A DNA stretch of 64,000 bases from Eledone cirrhosa (Eukaryota). The DNA is taken from the NCBI GenBank assembly GCA_964016885.1, contig OZ024751.1, positions 49,104,001 to 49,168,000 of the forward strand, in the 5' to 3' direction. Position numbers and translations under genes: made by a program. The notes beneath the pieces are model-generated. The model made no database searches. It was not told where the DNA came from and saw nothing but the letters and a program-made list of their open reading frames with translations. The first letter of the stretch is position 1. Every line of letters starts with the position of its first letter. This document shows positions 29,159-43,317 of the stretch, piece after piece.

Positions 29159-29787
29159 ATAAACGGAAAAAATGAATCGAAATCTCATTTCCAACTCTTA
29201 GTACGGCTGTTACTTAGATATAAGTATGTACACGTACATACATATATGTATACAGACGTACAGTAGTATGTATATATATATATACATACATGCACACATA
29301 TATATATGTACGTATGGATTCACCGAACATTTATTATAATGCTCGGTGTGTTTGTAAACACACATCCCATATTAAGCCGTAGTGTCCAGCTACTATCGTT
29401 GCTCGTTTGTTCAACACTGACAAAGGAACGCTGTACTAGTTTCAAGCTTATTAGCTATCATCAGCAACGTATACCTTCCTACCAGATTGCTGAACGGATA
29501 TACTTACCTCATGCATATTAACGGCTGAGTAGCCCAATTTGCATATCGAGTGGGTTAATCGGCCGAGTGCACCGAAAACGATAAACGGAAAAAATGAAAC
29601 GAAATTTCATTTCCCACTCTTAGTACGGCTGTTACTTAAATATAAGTATGTACACGTACATACATATATGTATACAGACGTACAGTAGTATGTATATATA
29701 TATACATACATGCACACATATATATATATGTACGTATGGATTCACCGAACATTTATTATAGTGCTCGGTGTGTTTGTAAACAAACAT
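29159..29787 (-). mobile_element. 422-bp-period tandem (1.5 units) with a hammerhead; second retrozyme-like family
   Basis: 29161-29365 recurs at 29583-29787; HHR in between; (TA)n on both flanks. Confidence 0.75.
29428..29470 (-). ncRNA. Minimal type I hammerhead ribozyme
   Basis: Minus: ACGTTG-CTGATGA-T-AGCT(AATA)AGCT-T-GAAA-CTAG-TA-CAGCGT; palindromic stem III; GUA triplet. Confidence 0.85.
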
Positions 29788-30135
29788 ATATATATATATA
29801 TATATTTTGAAAACAAAATGGCGTAGGACAGAACAAAGGAGAGGCATAAAAACAAAGAAAAGAATCCCCAGTCACTGAAGAGGTCACATAATGTGTGACG
29901 AGAGAAATTTGACAATATATAAACAACTATCTGGTTGTGGAACCAACCAACTAACCAGAAATTTATAAATTCCTAAATTTATAAATTTATTATAATAAAT
30001 TGAAGTGAAGCAACTGGTGAGTGTGTTTCCTATTGGCAACATGACCCTCCCAAAGTATAACGATATCGGTTTCAACAAACGTTTTCAGATAAAGAATCTT
30101 GCTAAACAAATTCAGAAACGAAATATATATATATA

Positions 30136-30263
<128 letters not shown>

Positions 30264-30587
30264 TCTGAAGACATAATATATATGTGTAGGTATGTATATT
30301 CCCTCTGATAGTTTGTACAAATTTTACATAGATCTATATGATATACATACCAACACACACATATATATCCTAGAAACGGTCGTAAAATGATGAATTTTTT
30401 AATATAAGGAACTGTTTCTTTGTTTTTATTCATTATTTTTATTAATTTATCTTGACTCTGTTTTCCTGTGTTTTTCATCGAAAAATTGTTGAATACATCT
30501 TCTCTTTTCATGATATTTGGATTACATTGTTTCTACATACGAATTGGTCACTACCGTATATTTTGGTAGATTTATCTACATACATAT

Positions 30588-31185
30588 ATATGGTGGCTGC
30601 CAACTCGTTTTCGAGTACGGCCACTACTTTATATCCATGTAGGAGAACTCCTTCCGATGCGCTAAACGAGTGTGACTTTTTAGTCCAGCCAGCGACTTGA
30701 AACCTCTGGTACAAACACTACAACTGTGACAATTATTGACACATAGTGCTAGGCCCATGGTACGATGTGACGACAAGTACAGAGAGATCTCTAGATATAA
30801 AGCAATGCCTGTGCCATGAAGCTTTTATAGTGAGCAAAGGCACTGCACAAAGACAGTCCCACTCTCTTAACCAAGATGATATTTACCAGAAAGAAGAACA
30901 AGTCAACATCATTGGATACCATCAGGGTTGCAGGTGTTATATCAGAGTTTTCCTTCTCCTAGAATTCTGCCTTGACAAAGGCTAAGGGGTCATCTTTCCC
31001 GGTGATTTTGGATGGCCATTGACTCTTAAGAGCTCTTTGCCCTTTGACAGGTTTTCTTTTTAGTCCTGCAGGATGTCCAAAGTCACCCTCCTCACCAAGA
31101 AACCTTGGTGGGGTTGCCAGTTTAGTCGCCAACGACCCGACCATGAGACAGGTTGTATTGGGATACATGAGTTGTACTGGGATAC
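30588..31185 (-). mobile_element. Second copy of the ~600-bp RTE-5'UTR-like element
   Basis: Reverse complement of 9113-9735. Confidence 0.65.
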
Positions 31186-31186
31186 A

Positions 31187-31222
<36 letters not shown>

Positions 31223-31225
31223 CAT

Positions 31226-31445
31226 GGGCGGTGGATTGGCAGTATTGGTAGAGTGTTGGACGCAATGCTTTGCCGCATAGAGTAACGGCCCTTTATGATC
31301 TGAGTTCAAATCCCGCCGAGGTTAACTTTGCCTTTCATCCTTACACGGTCGATACAATAAAGTACCAGTCACGCACTGGGGTCGATTTAATCGACATTCC
31401 CGTACCCCAACATTGCTGGCATTGTGCCTATATAAGAAACCATTA
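31226..31445 (+). mobile_element. tRNA-derived SINE
   Basis: Head, B-box, central domain, tail. Confidence 0.85.
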
Positions 31446-31588
31446 TATATATATATATATATATCGATCTATTATAGCTAAATAGTGAGGTTTGTCATTC
31501 TAGATCCTCACCTCTTAGGCATAATACATGAATATTGTAGCTCTACTTAGGTATTAAGCACTCTCTATACCTTTTCGTCAACTACTTA

Positions 31589-31678
<90 letters not shown>

Positions 31679-33013
31679 GGTATATCAGGAGTGAGAGAGT
31701 ATATGTCAAGTTTTCCCTGTAAAATCATATTTAACGAAACTTCACTATATGGGCAAAGGATGTCTTGTGTTGCCCAATGTTTGACCTTAAAAATATTAAA
31801 ATACTGTCTTCACAGGGGAAAGAACACAATGGATAATAGTCCTAGATGATGCATTATGTATGATATAGGAACGGGATGGTCATAGATGGAACTCCTCCGA
31901 CTACAAGTGTAATGGATTAGGGATGATATGATGGTTGAAAACATGTCAATATATTTCTTTGATAGGTGTTTTTCAGAAAATATAATGGATGTCAAATGTC
32001 TCACCACGTCTTTCTTCTCATGACATATATGGCTTTCGTACCTTGTCATAATGTAAATGTTTTGTTTGATTAACGCTAAAATTCCCGATGTAATAAGACA
32101 ACAAGAATGACAACAAAAATAACGACAACAAATCGAACAGCGGAGTTTCGATTTTCGTTTGACAAGAGTTGACGTCACATACAACCACTAACACTCTTAG
32201 GAATATAATAGCATTAGTGGCGTAAGAATGGTTTTAAACAGTCATTCTTCAATTTTCTTCTCTCTTTCGCAAGGAAAATATATTTCAACAATTTAGAATT
32301 CCCACGTGACACGAGAATTTTGAAAAGGTAAAAACAAATATTGTTTTCCAGACAATCTACTATGAATTCTGGAATATATAGATATGTTAGATAACAATTA
32401 TTTACAAGTATATATGCTTTTAACTCTATGTCGTATCCTTTATCTTTCAAGTCATATTAGCTGTTCAACATATTCCTATACGATGCAGATGTTGGCGTAA
32501 ACACATACGCATATAATTTCCCCTATCCCAGATTTCTAGGAGAGTATATTGTATGAAATAAATGCATATTTGTGGATAGTTTTCTCGATCCTCACTGAAA
32601 ATTGGCTGCATTATTTGATGGGAATCGACTAGGGTTATTAGTACACCTTGCAATATTTGTTCTGGGTGTCTGCGTTCCGCGTTCAAATTGAGGTCGATTA
32701 AGAAAGTACTAACCGGGAACAGGTGCTGCCGTATGTTTCTATGTTACATCCGAGATGGTCTAATTGGTCAAATGGGGAATAGCCGAAAGCATATACGTGT
32801 CTGCCCACGAAAGCATGGCCACTAAAGCCAGCAGTGAATGCATGATACAAGTTATTAATTTGTTTTCGATTTAATGTTATGTCGATAGTGATTTTTGTTG
32901 ATGAATATTATCAAAAGAAAAAAATAAGAAAAAAATACCATTTGGAACTATATATATATATATAAATATACATATATAAATACATACATATATATATATA
33001 CATACATACACAT

Positions 33014-33151
<138 letters not shown>

Positions 33152-33765
33152 CATATATACATATATATATATGTATACCACTGATAATCAACTGGGGGTA
33201 TTGACTGTAGGTGTGTGTAAGAGTGATGAACGCAATCATCGGTTTTGTTCACATTGATTCTTCTGTAGATACTTACATGATCTCGTGCCATCGTTTAAAC
33301 AATGCATCGATCACTGCAGGTAAATTGGAAAAGTGGAAATTCTGTAACGTTATTATCATCGTTGATAACATCAAAGCTGCGATTTTTATAATGGAATGTT
33401 GTTTTTCTTACATCAATAATATCATAGTCACCAATAACAATCTATCTCACGCAAATATAATAAATACCCCCGCACGATCGTTCTTTGCATAATATTTTCT
33501 CTCTTTCTTTTCCCCTCAATAGATGATTAACGCTATTGACATCACTTCACATTATTCAGATATCGCACTGCGTCATCACATCACGTATGGAACACGCATG
33601 TATTATATAGATATAGATATTTTTTTTTTCTGCTGCACTTTAGAGTAAGTGCGCGATAAACAGATTTTTAAATATATATTTATATATATATATATATATA
33701 TATGTGCCTGTGTTTATACATGTGTGTTATATTTACATATGTATATATGTATATATATATATATG

Positions 33766-33802
<37 letters not shown>

Positions 33803-34236
33803 TTGTATATTTTGTATATATATATATATATATATTATAGAGCTTCCAATGATTGGAACACTTGTATGATACACCCTTTTCTTGTAATAGCTATTTCCAA
33901 CAGAATACATGCATTTTTTTGTCTCTTCCTGTTTTAAGGGTTTTCGTGCAGTGTTTATAATGCTTTAGTAATGAGGAAAATTCAGTTCATATTAATGTTT
34001 TCAGGCCCCGCGAGACTGTTGAGATTTATATCTTCCATAATCAATATTTTCCGGGCAACAAGTGAAAATCTAAGCAAATATTACAGGAAAGATTTCAGGA
34101 AAGATAGAAATAGTAGGGAAGACTTAGCAAGCTAAAGAATGGGTATATTCGTTGGTGTTCTACATATTTCGGAGGAATTATATAAATGTGGATGATATGA
34201 ATAGTACTAATTTGTTTAATGTTAAGGGAACCGATA

Positions 34237-34420
34237 ATAATTGGTTCTAGTTTTGGCACAAGGCCAGCAATTATCCCAGTGCATTACTGGTACTTTATTT
34301 TATCGACCGCGTAAGGATGAAAGGCAGAGTTAACCTTGGCGGGATTTGAACTCAGATCATAAAGGGCCGTAACTCATTGCTGCAAAGCATGGTTTCTGCC
34401 TCTCTATCGTTACTGCCAAT
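34237..34420 (-). mobile_element. tRNA-derived SINE
   Basis: Reverse complement of the family consensus. Confidence 0.85.
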
Positions 34421-37400
34421 ACACCGATAATAATACTAAATAAACAATAATCAAATATGAAATACATGCATGTATTGTCCCGCAACTCCTGGGGTATTCG
34501 TAAGACCGTCGTAAAAAACACGGCGTTTATAGGAAATTTTAAAACCTGATGGAGTCCAATTCTCTCCAGGTCTGGGTACAGCAGATTTCTTCTAGAGAAG
34601 AATAGATGAATGAAATAATGGATGTGAGAAAGAGATAAAGAGGAAGAAACGAGCACAGTACTACACTAGTACTTTCGAATGGATGAAAGGCAAAGGTGGC
34701 CTCGGTGAGATTTGAGCTAGGAGAGAAGAAAGACGAAACGAATAACGCAAAGCTTTCTATCCGACGTTCTAACGATTAATACTAATTTGGCGCCTACATA
34801 TATAGCATAAACACCGGTTAAACACTAACTATATATAAATTAAATAGCAGTCACTTGTTCCAAACTATTCTATTTTCCTACCTCAACCATTGTACTATTT
34901 CACAAAGACATCCACCACTACTTAAGCACGTGCAGTGATATTTGCTCTTTATTGCTGAGGACATAAATAGTCAGAAAGAAGCATATGTGTGACAGTATAC
35001 TCTAGCTGAAGAAGTAATTAAAATGTATACTTAATCACTCATTGAATAGGTATTGACATTGTTTTCCTTTCCGACGGCAAGTTAAAGTACGTTGCATAGG
35101 ATACGTTATGGTTAACTTAACCAGTCTTTTTAAATAATTTCCTTTTCAGTAAGTATAATTAACAGTATTCCCCTTATGGTCAAATAGGCATACTGTTAAG
35201 CGTCAGCTAAATCAACACTAATAGACAAAAATGTTTTGATACGGTAGGATAAGATGATGGCTCTGAGCTTACAATGCAATATTGATATAGTTACAAAAGA
35301 GAGATTCGAAAATACATTAAGAATGACAAAAGCTACAATGACAGTAAAAAAAATACATTAAGAATGGCAGTAAAAAAAAAACATTAACAATACATAAAAA
35401 AAATTCAACTGAAACCATACGAACGAAAATGAATGAAATATAGAAAGTAAAAATAATAACTGAAAGAGTGGTGGAATTTCATAGTCTAAATTATCGATTA
35501 CCCTCAGGTTTGCCGGACTAAATGTAAATTAAAGTGATGAGATTACAGAATATATCAGATTTACTTTAATGAAAATAAATGTATTTCGCATTTTCCCGTT
35601 TGTTCCGTGTAACATACTAAACACCTAGCGATCATTTATGTGACAAATAGCCGACATTTATATTATTTTTTTCACTGTTGTATTGATATTCTTCTTTGTA
35701 TTATTTATTTATTTATTTATTCCAGTTATTTATTTTTTTAATTTTTATGTTGATTTTTTATAAATTGATTTTTTAGCTGTGTTGGTATATTTTTTATTAT
35801 TTATCTAGATTTTTTTTAACGAGGAAAATAAAAAAACAAAGAATATAATTAGGAGGAGGATGAGAAAGATAAAAACGACAACTATATTTGTAACAACAAA
35901 AAACAAAAGGAGTAGAAAAATAACCACAATGTAATTGCCATAAAATGCAACATTAATGACTTCAGTAAAAAAACAAATTATATTAGGTACATTATCGTTT
36001 ATGTATCATGTATGTATGTAAGCATGCATGTATATATATATATATATATATAGATATATAACATATATGTATGTAACATATATGTATGTAGGTGTAGTGT
36101 ATGTAGGTGTAGTGTATGGGCTGTCTGCGTGTGTCGCTGTATATGCTATGGTTTTTAGGCCAGAGTTATGCATCTAGTTAAATCTAGTTTTGCATAGAGG
36201 TACTTCTAAAGGATAAGATCAGAGATAATATGGCTTTTAGCATATATAGTTCTATCATTTTTAACGTATTATAGTCATTTTCTACATTTTGTTTATACTA
36301 CAATTGTCTGACGTTCTATCGACATTGCCAATCAACCGGCCTTAATAAGGCTAATATTTATAAGAATAATGATTACGATAAACGGTTATCAAATAATTCT
36401 GTACACATTAAATAAAATACGATTTCTAGCAGGAATAGCAAGGTAAAGCCTATCAAGAATCCCACAGACTCAGGATTAACCTTGGTACGAAGAAAAATGG
36501 AATATCCTAGCTTTGTTGTATATCTTAGCTTGGAATCTTTTCGGTAAAGCTGTTAAACCAGAACATTTATATAGATGTTCCCCAAAATATATCTTATTCT
36601 AGTTTAATGAAATGATATTTCTTCGGGTATATCTCAAAGTCTGTACAACAGAGAATAACAATAACATTTTACAACATCAACCAGAGTAACAATATCACAT
36701 ATTGATGCAGATAAATGAATAACGTAGCTATTTTCAATAGCAGAAGTGGTATTATTGTTTAAGACAAAGGCAAATGAAGATATATAAAGCAGTATAAAAT
36801 ATACATCTAAATAAAGGGAGAGCTTTTATAATATGTAAACACTTAAGACAAAGTGTAAGAGAATGAGAGAGCTCATTATGTAAGTAAGGAAAAGACACAG
36901 CAAACATTAGCGGAAATATAACTAAAGAACTAAGTACAGCAGAAGTGCAATAATCTATCAGCATTAAGAGTAATAAAGGAAAAAGAAATGATAATACAGA
37001 AAAAATATGTTGGCAAATAAACCTGAGACTTCAAGTAATCGAGAATAATTAAAGTAACAAATTGATACGACAAAAAATAAATGAATACATAAATACACAG
37101 CGAAACAAACAGACGAATTAGATGATTTGGTATGTATTTAAGCAGAATAAGGTATTTATTATGAATGAATAAGCTGTTGAGATTCTCAATTTAATGTGAT
37201 GTCAAGCATAATAAACAATCATTTCAGAGAAACGTCAGTATGAGTCCCCTGAAGAGTTAGTTTATTACGGTCAGTGGGTAAATTTCCCCGACTCTGTCTC
37301 CAAATATTTATTGAAATAAATAAATAGCCTCAAGGATCGATCATAGAGTTTGTCATTGAAATTTGTTTCTTGTTCTGTAGTTTATAAATTATTTTATAAA

Positions 37401-38914
37401 TTAGGTGCTAATCAAGCTCTCAAGCCTCTCAGAAGAATTAACAAAACATTTAAGAGTAATTAAACAATCAAGGAAATCATAGAAAGATCATAGAAATCAA
37501 AAATGAATAGAAATTAAAAGAAGTGTAAAGCCAGTTTTAGATTATAGTGAATGAATAATTATGATGCGCAGATTGTATGCGTGTTGGCCCTCCGTCGGTT
37601 TCGACGATGACTCTTTCAATTTTTCTAACTACGAAACGGCCTACTTGTGAAATTAAGGAGCAAGTTGTTGAACATTCTATATATGCATATGTATACACCA
37701 TATATGTATATGTATACACAATTACTGAAGTTTCCAAGTTGGCTCAGCGGGATAGAGTTATTGATAAGTCAAACTTTCTAAAATATAGTCACCACAACGC
37801 ATTGTTTCCATCAGCGTGTATTTGAGCTACGGGGAATAAAGTTCTTTACCCAAGAACCCAACGTGCCAGCAGAAATCGAACTCACGACCTAAAGATCGTC
37901 AGTCAAAATTCCACGCCATTAAGCTTGATGTATATTAAATTGGTATTAATAAATAAATAATTGGGGTATTTGACAAAAGAAATATACAAACATTCTTTAA
38001 AAACTAGAAAAAAAATCACTGCGCCCCGTGATGGCAGCTCATTTGATATATCGGTGTCATACATGACCACCGGAAAGTCGCCCTTTTAGATAATATGGGT
38101 GTTGTACAAAACTGACAAAACAAGTCTCGTGCTTAACATAATATAACATGACACACAAATATTATACGTGCTTGTGTCCGAAAGTATAGGATGGAAATTA
38201 TCATATCTGTTCGAGGTGTAACTCCTCTTAGATATCATATTACCGATATTATAGTAGACAAATAAATTGAAATATTGAAAAGAAAAATGGTATAACAACT
38301 TGTGGCAACGAACAGAAAACATAAGATACTCGACACGATAAGTAGATTGAAAATGGCATTACATACAAAATTAGGAAAGAAAAACAATAACAAAACTCAG
38401 AAGAGATACCAAATATATATTTAAAAAAACTTAGATAAAACAACGCAGATCTCTAAAATTGCGAGGAAGTTAGACTTTTGAAAGTGGAGGAGTAATTGAT
38501 ATCATTGAGAAAATAGACAATCATCATGTATTGTGAGTAATCTCGGAAATAGTTGACTGCCAAGCGAGAATTGGAACGGTAAAAAAATGTTACTACTTAT
38601 CTTTTCGACGCATTATAAATTCTATAAATTCATTGCGTTTATTTGCCGAATTGTTCGTCAGTAGGAAGAGTGTCTTTGTGGTATATAGACACGTCTATTT
38701 GTTCGTAGGCTTTGTGTTCAGATCTATCTGCAGTCAAAATGTCCTTTCTCCCATTTCGGGGTGAATAAAATAAAGCGTCAACCATAATCTAACCGACTAA
38801 GCCCTTCCGGAAATCTGTGACCGTTTACATACTTTGAAGTCGATGCATCCTCATAAGCGTTAGAGCACCGCGTCAAGATATCTTTCGGTTCTTAGTTATA
38901 TAATTATCCCCTTC

Positions 38915-39292
38915 AGCATACTCACCATCATCCTCATCATTAACATTATCGATGTCATCTTTCTCGTCTTCCTCATCATTGTCATTGCCGTCGTTATCTT
39001 CATCACTATTACCACCAGCAACATCATCGTCATCATCTTTATACTTATTCTCACCACCATCATCAACATCACCATTATCCCCAGTACCATCAACTTTATC
39101 ATTATTAATACCCTAACCCCTATCACCAGCATTGTCATCCTCTGGTTCATCATCAACCTCAACGTCATCCTAATCAACATTGTCATCATCAGCCTCATCA
39201 GTGTCATCATCACTATTGTCATCATCACTATCATCAGCCGCTCCCACCACCACCACCACCACCACCACCAAAGAAATCATCATCATCATCAT
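38915..39292. repeat. Degenerate (CAT)n/(CAC)n trinucleotide tract
   Basis: Directly visible. Confidence 0.85.
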
Positions 39293-39881
39293 AACTAAAA
39301 CAATTTAACTACGATATCCGTCTCAACACCAAAAGATTTATATATATATTTAGCGAAACAATGATGATAGATGGGATTTTTTAAAGCAATCATTACACAA
39401 ACACCAGAACCCATATCTCCCCAACACCCTCCATAGCACACACAACTTATCTTAGTTTACAAATGGTATTAATGATTATAATAGTTAATTAGCGATAGAA
39501 ATTGATTAGAAAGCAACATCACAGTAATCAAAAGAATGACCAACATACAAAATATAATACAAACTGCATAAAAGGGAAAATAACAATGAAAATAACAGAA
39601 AGAGCAACAATATTTACTATATATTTCACTCTGTCAGTCTGAATAGTAATTTATCTTCTTTATCCATCAAGAACTTAAATTAGAAAATAATTTGATTAAT
39701 TATGAAATTATAAATTATTTCATTAATGTTCTTCTTGATTTTGTCAGTGATGTTGATGTTGTTTTTTTTAGTGCGGTTGTTGATGTATTAGTGTGGTTGT
39801 TAGTGTAGTTGTTGTATTAGTGCGTTTGCGGTTGTTGCAGCTTTCCACCCGATGTAATTATTAGTTAGCTTCGTTTATTTA

Positions 39882-39952
<71 letters not shown>

Positions 39953-40894
39953 ATATATATATATATATATATATATTGCTTTTGTTGTCTCATATGTTTT
40001 GAATCTATTATGAGCAAATGAGGTGGATGTTATTGCGCCGAGTGGTGGAAAGTGGTGACCGTTAAAGGCTGTTTCGCTTTAGGCTACATTATTAACGTCA
40101 GGTCATTAATTAGAGCAATGTAAGGAAGAGAAAAGCACGATCATAAGTATGTGTGCAATTGTATATATGTGTGTGTGTGTGTATAAATACATCGCCCTTT
40201 AAATGAAATTCTTTTCCAATCCAGCTGGCTTTCAAACTGTTTCCGTCTATCCGTTTTCACCTACAACATATGGTCGATTCTAAGTTGTGGCCACTGACAC
40301 CTGTCCAAAGTACTGAGCATTGGAATCGGATACGGAAGCTGTTGATTGTGGAGCAACCAACTTACCCTTATGCTTTATCAACACATCATGCTTTATCAAC
40401 ACATCATGCTTTATCAACACATTTATCTGGATAACACACATAGATATACATAACATGAAAGAGCCAATTTGTTAGTCTCTTGAATAATGAGTTGTCCTGT
40501 AAAACCAACATGTGATTTATTATACATATAAAGAAAAGGATTTATTATAGATATAAGAAAAAAGAATTGATTGTCAGAATTGGTAGTGTCATATAAAATA
40601 ACCTTGTAGTATGTGTTCAGTTATAAATATTTGGAGTTCAAATCCCAATGAGATCAGATTGTCCTCACATTCTTCCGTGGTCAATAACATAAACAGCTAG
40701 AAAATAGATTGTCGGCTGGTTGTAACAGCCTCGCACTACAACTAAATTTGCCAGCCTTGTGCTTAAATTAGCGATCGTCATATCTTCATACATCCGCAGA
40801 CATTGACACACAGTTGGGTTGGGCGATAAGGTATACAAACATACACAGATATTTACATAGTTTATGCTTTTATATATGTACTTTCATTCATATA

Positions 40895-41353
40895 GAGTAA
40901 CCAAGAGTAACCAATCTTAAAGAGAGAGATGGAGATAGGAGAGGAGAGATTGGTGAATTAGTTAGAAGCCAAAGCGTAAAGGCATGTGCTCAATGTACAA
41001 TATGCAGTAGAAAGCAGCTAGGTGGCTGGGTTCATGCAGAAGTTAGTCGCCCAGAGCTGGAAATATGCATTAGTTAAGCACAATTTAATTTATATTCTTT
41101 TGAAGTTCCGATGAGCCGCTCTGTTTTTAAATATGTTAATTATTTTCAACTGAACCAGATCAATAATGATATGTAGTCATCTGATCCAGAAATATTATAT
41201 GGAGTAGCGAAACAATTGTAAACGGACATTATTATTATTAATATTATTATTATTATTATTTTCTCCACGTTCCTTACATCAAACTAAAATATGTTGACAA
41301 TCTTTTAATAATGTCTTCCTTGTGATATTTGTGGTCTTATTTTCCTTAACTAA

Positions 41354-41360
<7 letters not shown>
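40895..41360. mobile_element. Short inverted (twin-priming-like) insertion of the Naiad PLE 3' UTR
   Basis: 40903-41080 = 42529-42718 (direct); 41082-41360 = reverse complement of ~42700-42975. Confidence 0.85.
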
Positions 41361-41431
<71 letters not shown>

Positions 41432-41444
41432 CATATTTATATAT

Positions 41445-41650
41445 ATATTTATTAAATACCAGATTAAAGTTTAAGCAAAGAATCGCTGCTTTCACGGGAT
41501 CTTCTGAAAACTCAGTTTCAGAAGATCTCGTTAAGGGTGAAAGCAGCGATTCTTTACTTAAACTATAATCTGTTGTTTTAATAAATATTTGCTCTACGGT
41601 TCTTAAATATTTGATATATATTTGTCCTTATCGGGCTCTCTTTCGATTTT
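41445..41650. mobile_element. Palindromic pLTR-type insert with a degenerate HHR (41514-41564, +)
   Basis: AGTTT-CAGAAGA-T-CTC(GTTAA)GGG-T-GAAA-GCA..T(A/G)CT-T-AAACT; arms ~41445-41588. Confidence 0.6.
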
Positions 41651-41694
41651 AGTCTTCAAATTTATTATTATTACTATATATATAAATATATATT

Positions 41695-42038
41695 AGAAAG
41701 TGAGCGTTTTTTTACAAAATGAAAAATAACCGAGGTGTCCTACACGAGTGAAAGTATAAAGAAAAAAAGATGAAATCGAAAATGCAACTGGAGTCTTATT
41801 TTAAAAAATATATATATATATATATTTGGTTCCTTTATCGGTTTCGCAGTTCTTCTGCTTTTCAAAAGTAGAGTTGAGATGGAGGATCTGTAGTTTTTCT
41901 CACATCTGGTAAAGGAACCAAATAAATATATATATTTTTAAAAAAAATAGACTCCAGTCGCATTTTCGATTTCATCTTTTTTTCTATATATATATATATA
42001 TATAGAAAAAAAGATGAAATCGAAAATGCAACTGGAGT

Positions 42039-42041
<3 letters not shown>
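41695..42041. mobile_element. Second copy of the 17.2-kb HHR repeat, with inverted terminal segments
   Basis: AAAAGATGAAATCGAAAATGC.ACTGGAGTCT at ~41765 (+), ~41949-41982 (-), ~42010 (+); U3:A8 HHR with mutated stem III at ~41830-41873 (-). Confidence 0.7.
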
Positions 42042-42106
<65 letters not shown>

Positions 42107-42470
42107 TATATATATGTATACGAATATGTAATTTCACATTATATTTATATATATATATATTCAGCCACGTTCAAGGTTTATATATATTCAGCCACGTTCA
42201 AGGTTTATATATATATACCACGTTCAAGGTTTTGTATCTACATATATACATAATACAAATACACGTATTAATATTCTATACACAGATAATTATGTACATG
42301 CAGATACAGTTGTTCAGTATATTGTGATGTCTTTCACTCACAAATATATATATATATATATATGTTTATGTATATATATATATATTTATATATATATATG
42401 TATATATATATATATACATATGTATGTATATATATATGTATATATATATATATATGTATATACATATGTA

Positions 42471-42524
<54 letters not shown>

Positions 42525-43317
42525 GTTCAAGAGTAACCAGTCTTAAAGAGATACATAGAGATAGTAGAGGAGATATGAGAGGAAAGATTGGTGAGTTAGT
42601 TAGAAGCCAAAGCGTAAAGGCATGTGCTCAATGTGCAATATGCAGTAGAAAGCAGCTAGGTGGCTGGGTTCATGCAGAGGTTAGGTGCGCATAGGTGGAA
42701 ATATTCATTAGTTAAGCAAAACAAGACCACAAACTTCACAAGGAACACATTATTAAAAGATTGTCAACATATTTTAGTTTGATGTAAGGAATGTAGAGAA
42801 TAATAATAATAATATTAATAATAATTATGTCCGTTTACAATTGTTTCGCTACTCCATATAATATTTCTGGATCAGATGACTATATATCATAATTGATCTG
42901 GTTCCCTTGAAAATAATTAACATATTTAAAAAAACTGAGTGGCTCATCGGAACTCAAAGGAATATAAATTAAAATAATGTTACATAATATAATGTTCCAT
43001 ATATTGGTTTTTACTATGGTGTCTTGGTTGCATCAGCTGTCAGCCATAATCAAGCAGTATTCATCTGTCGAGGCTGCATTGTATGAGATCTGCCTATGGG
43101 TAACATGATGGCTGCCAAAGGGAATATTTACCTTACTAATTAGAGGGTGGTTTCAGGGGAAGTATCTTCTCGAGAGATTAGAGATTGTGAGTATTTATAG
43201 TTAAGTGCTAGTTTTTAAATTTTTTAATTGAGAGACAATGTTGGGGAAGTAACTTATAATTATCGAGTTGTTCATAGCAATTTAACTTATTAGCTACAAG
43301 TAGAAATGGGGCATTGA

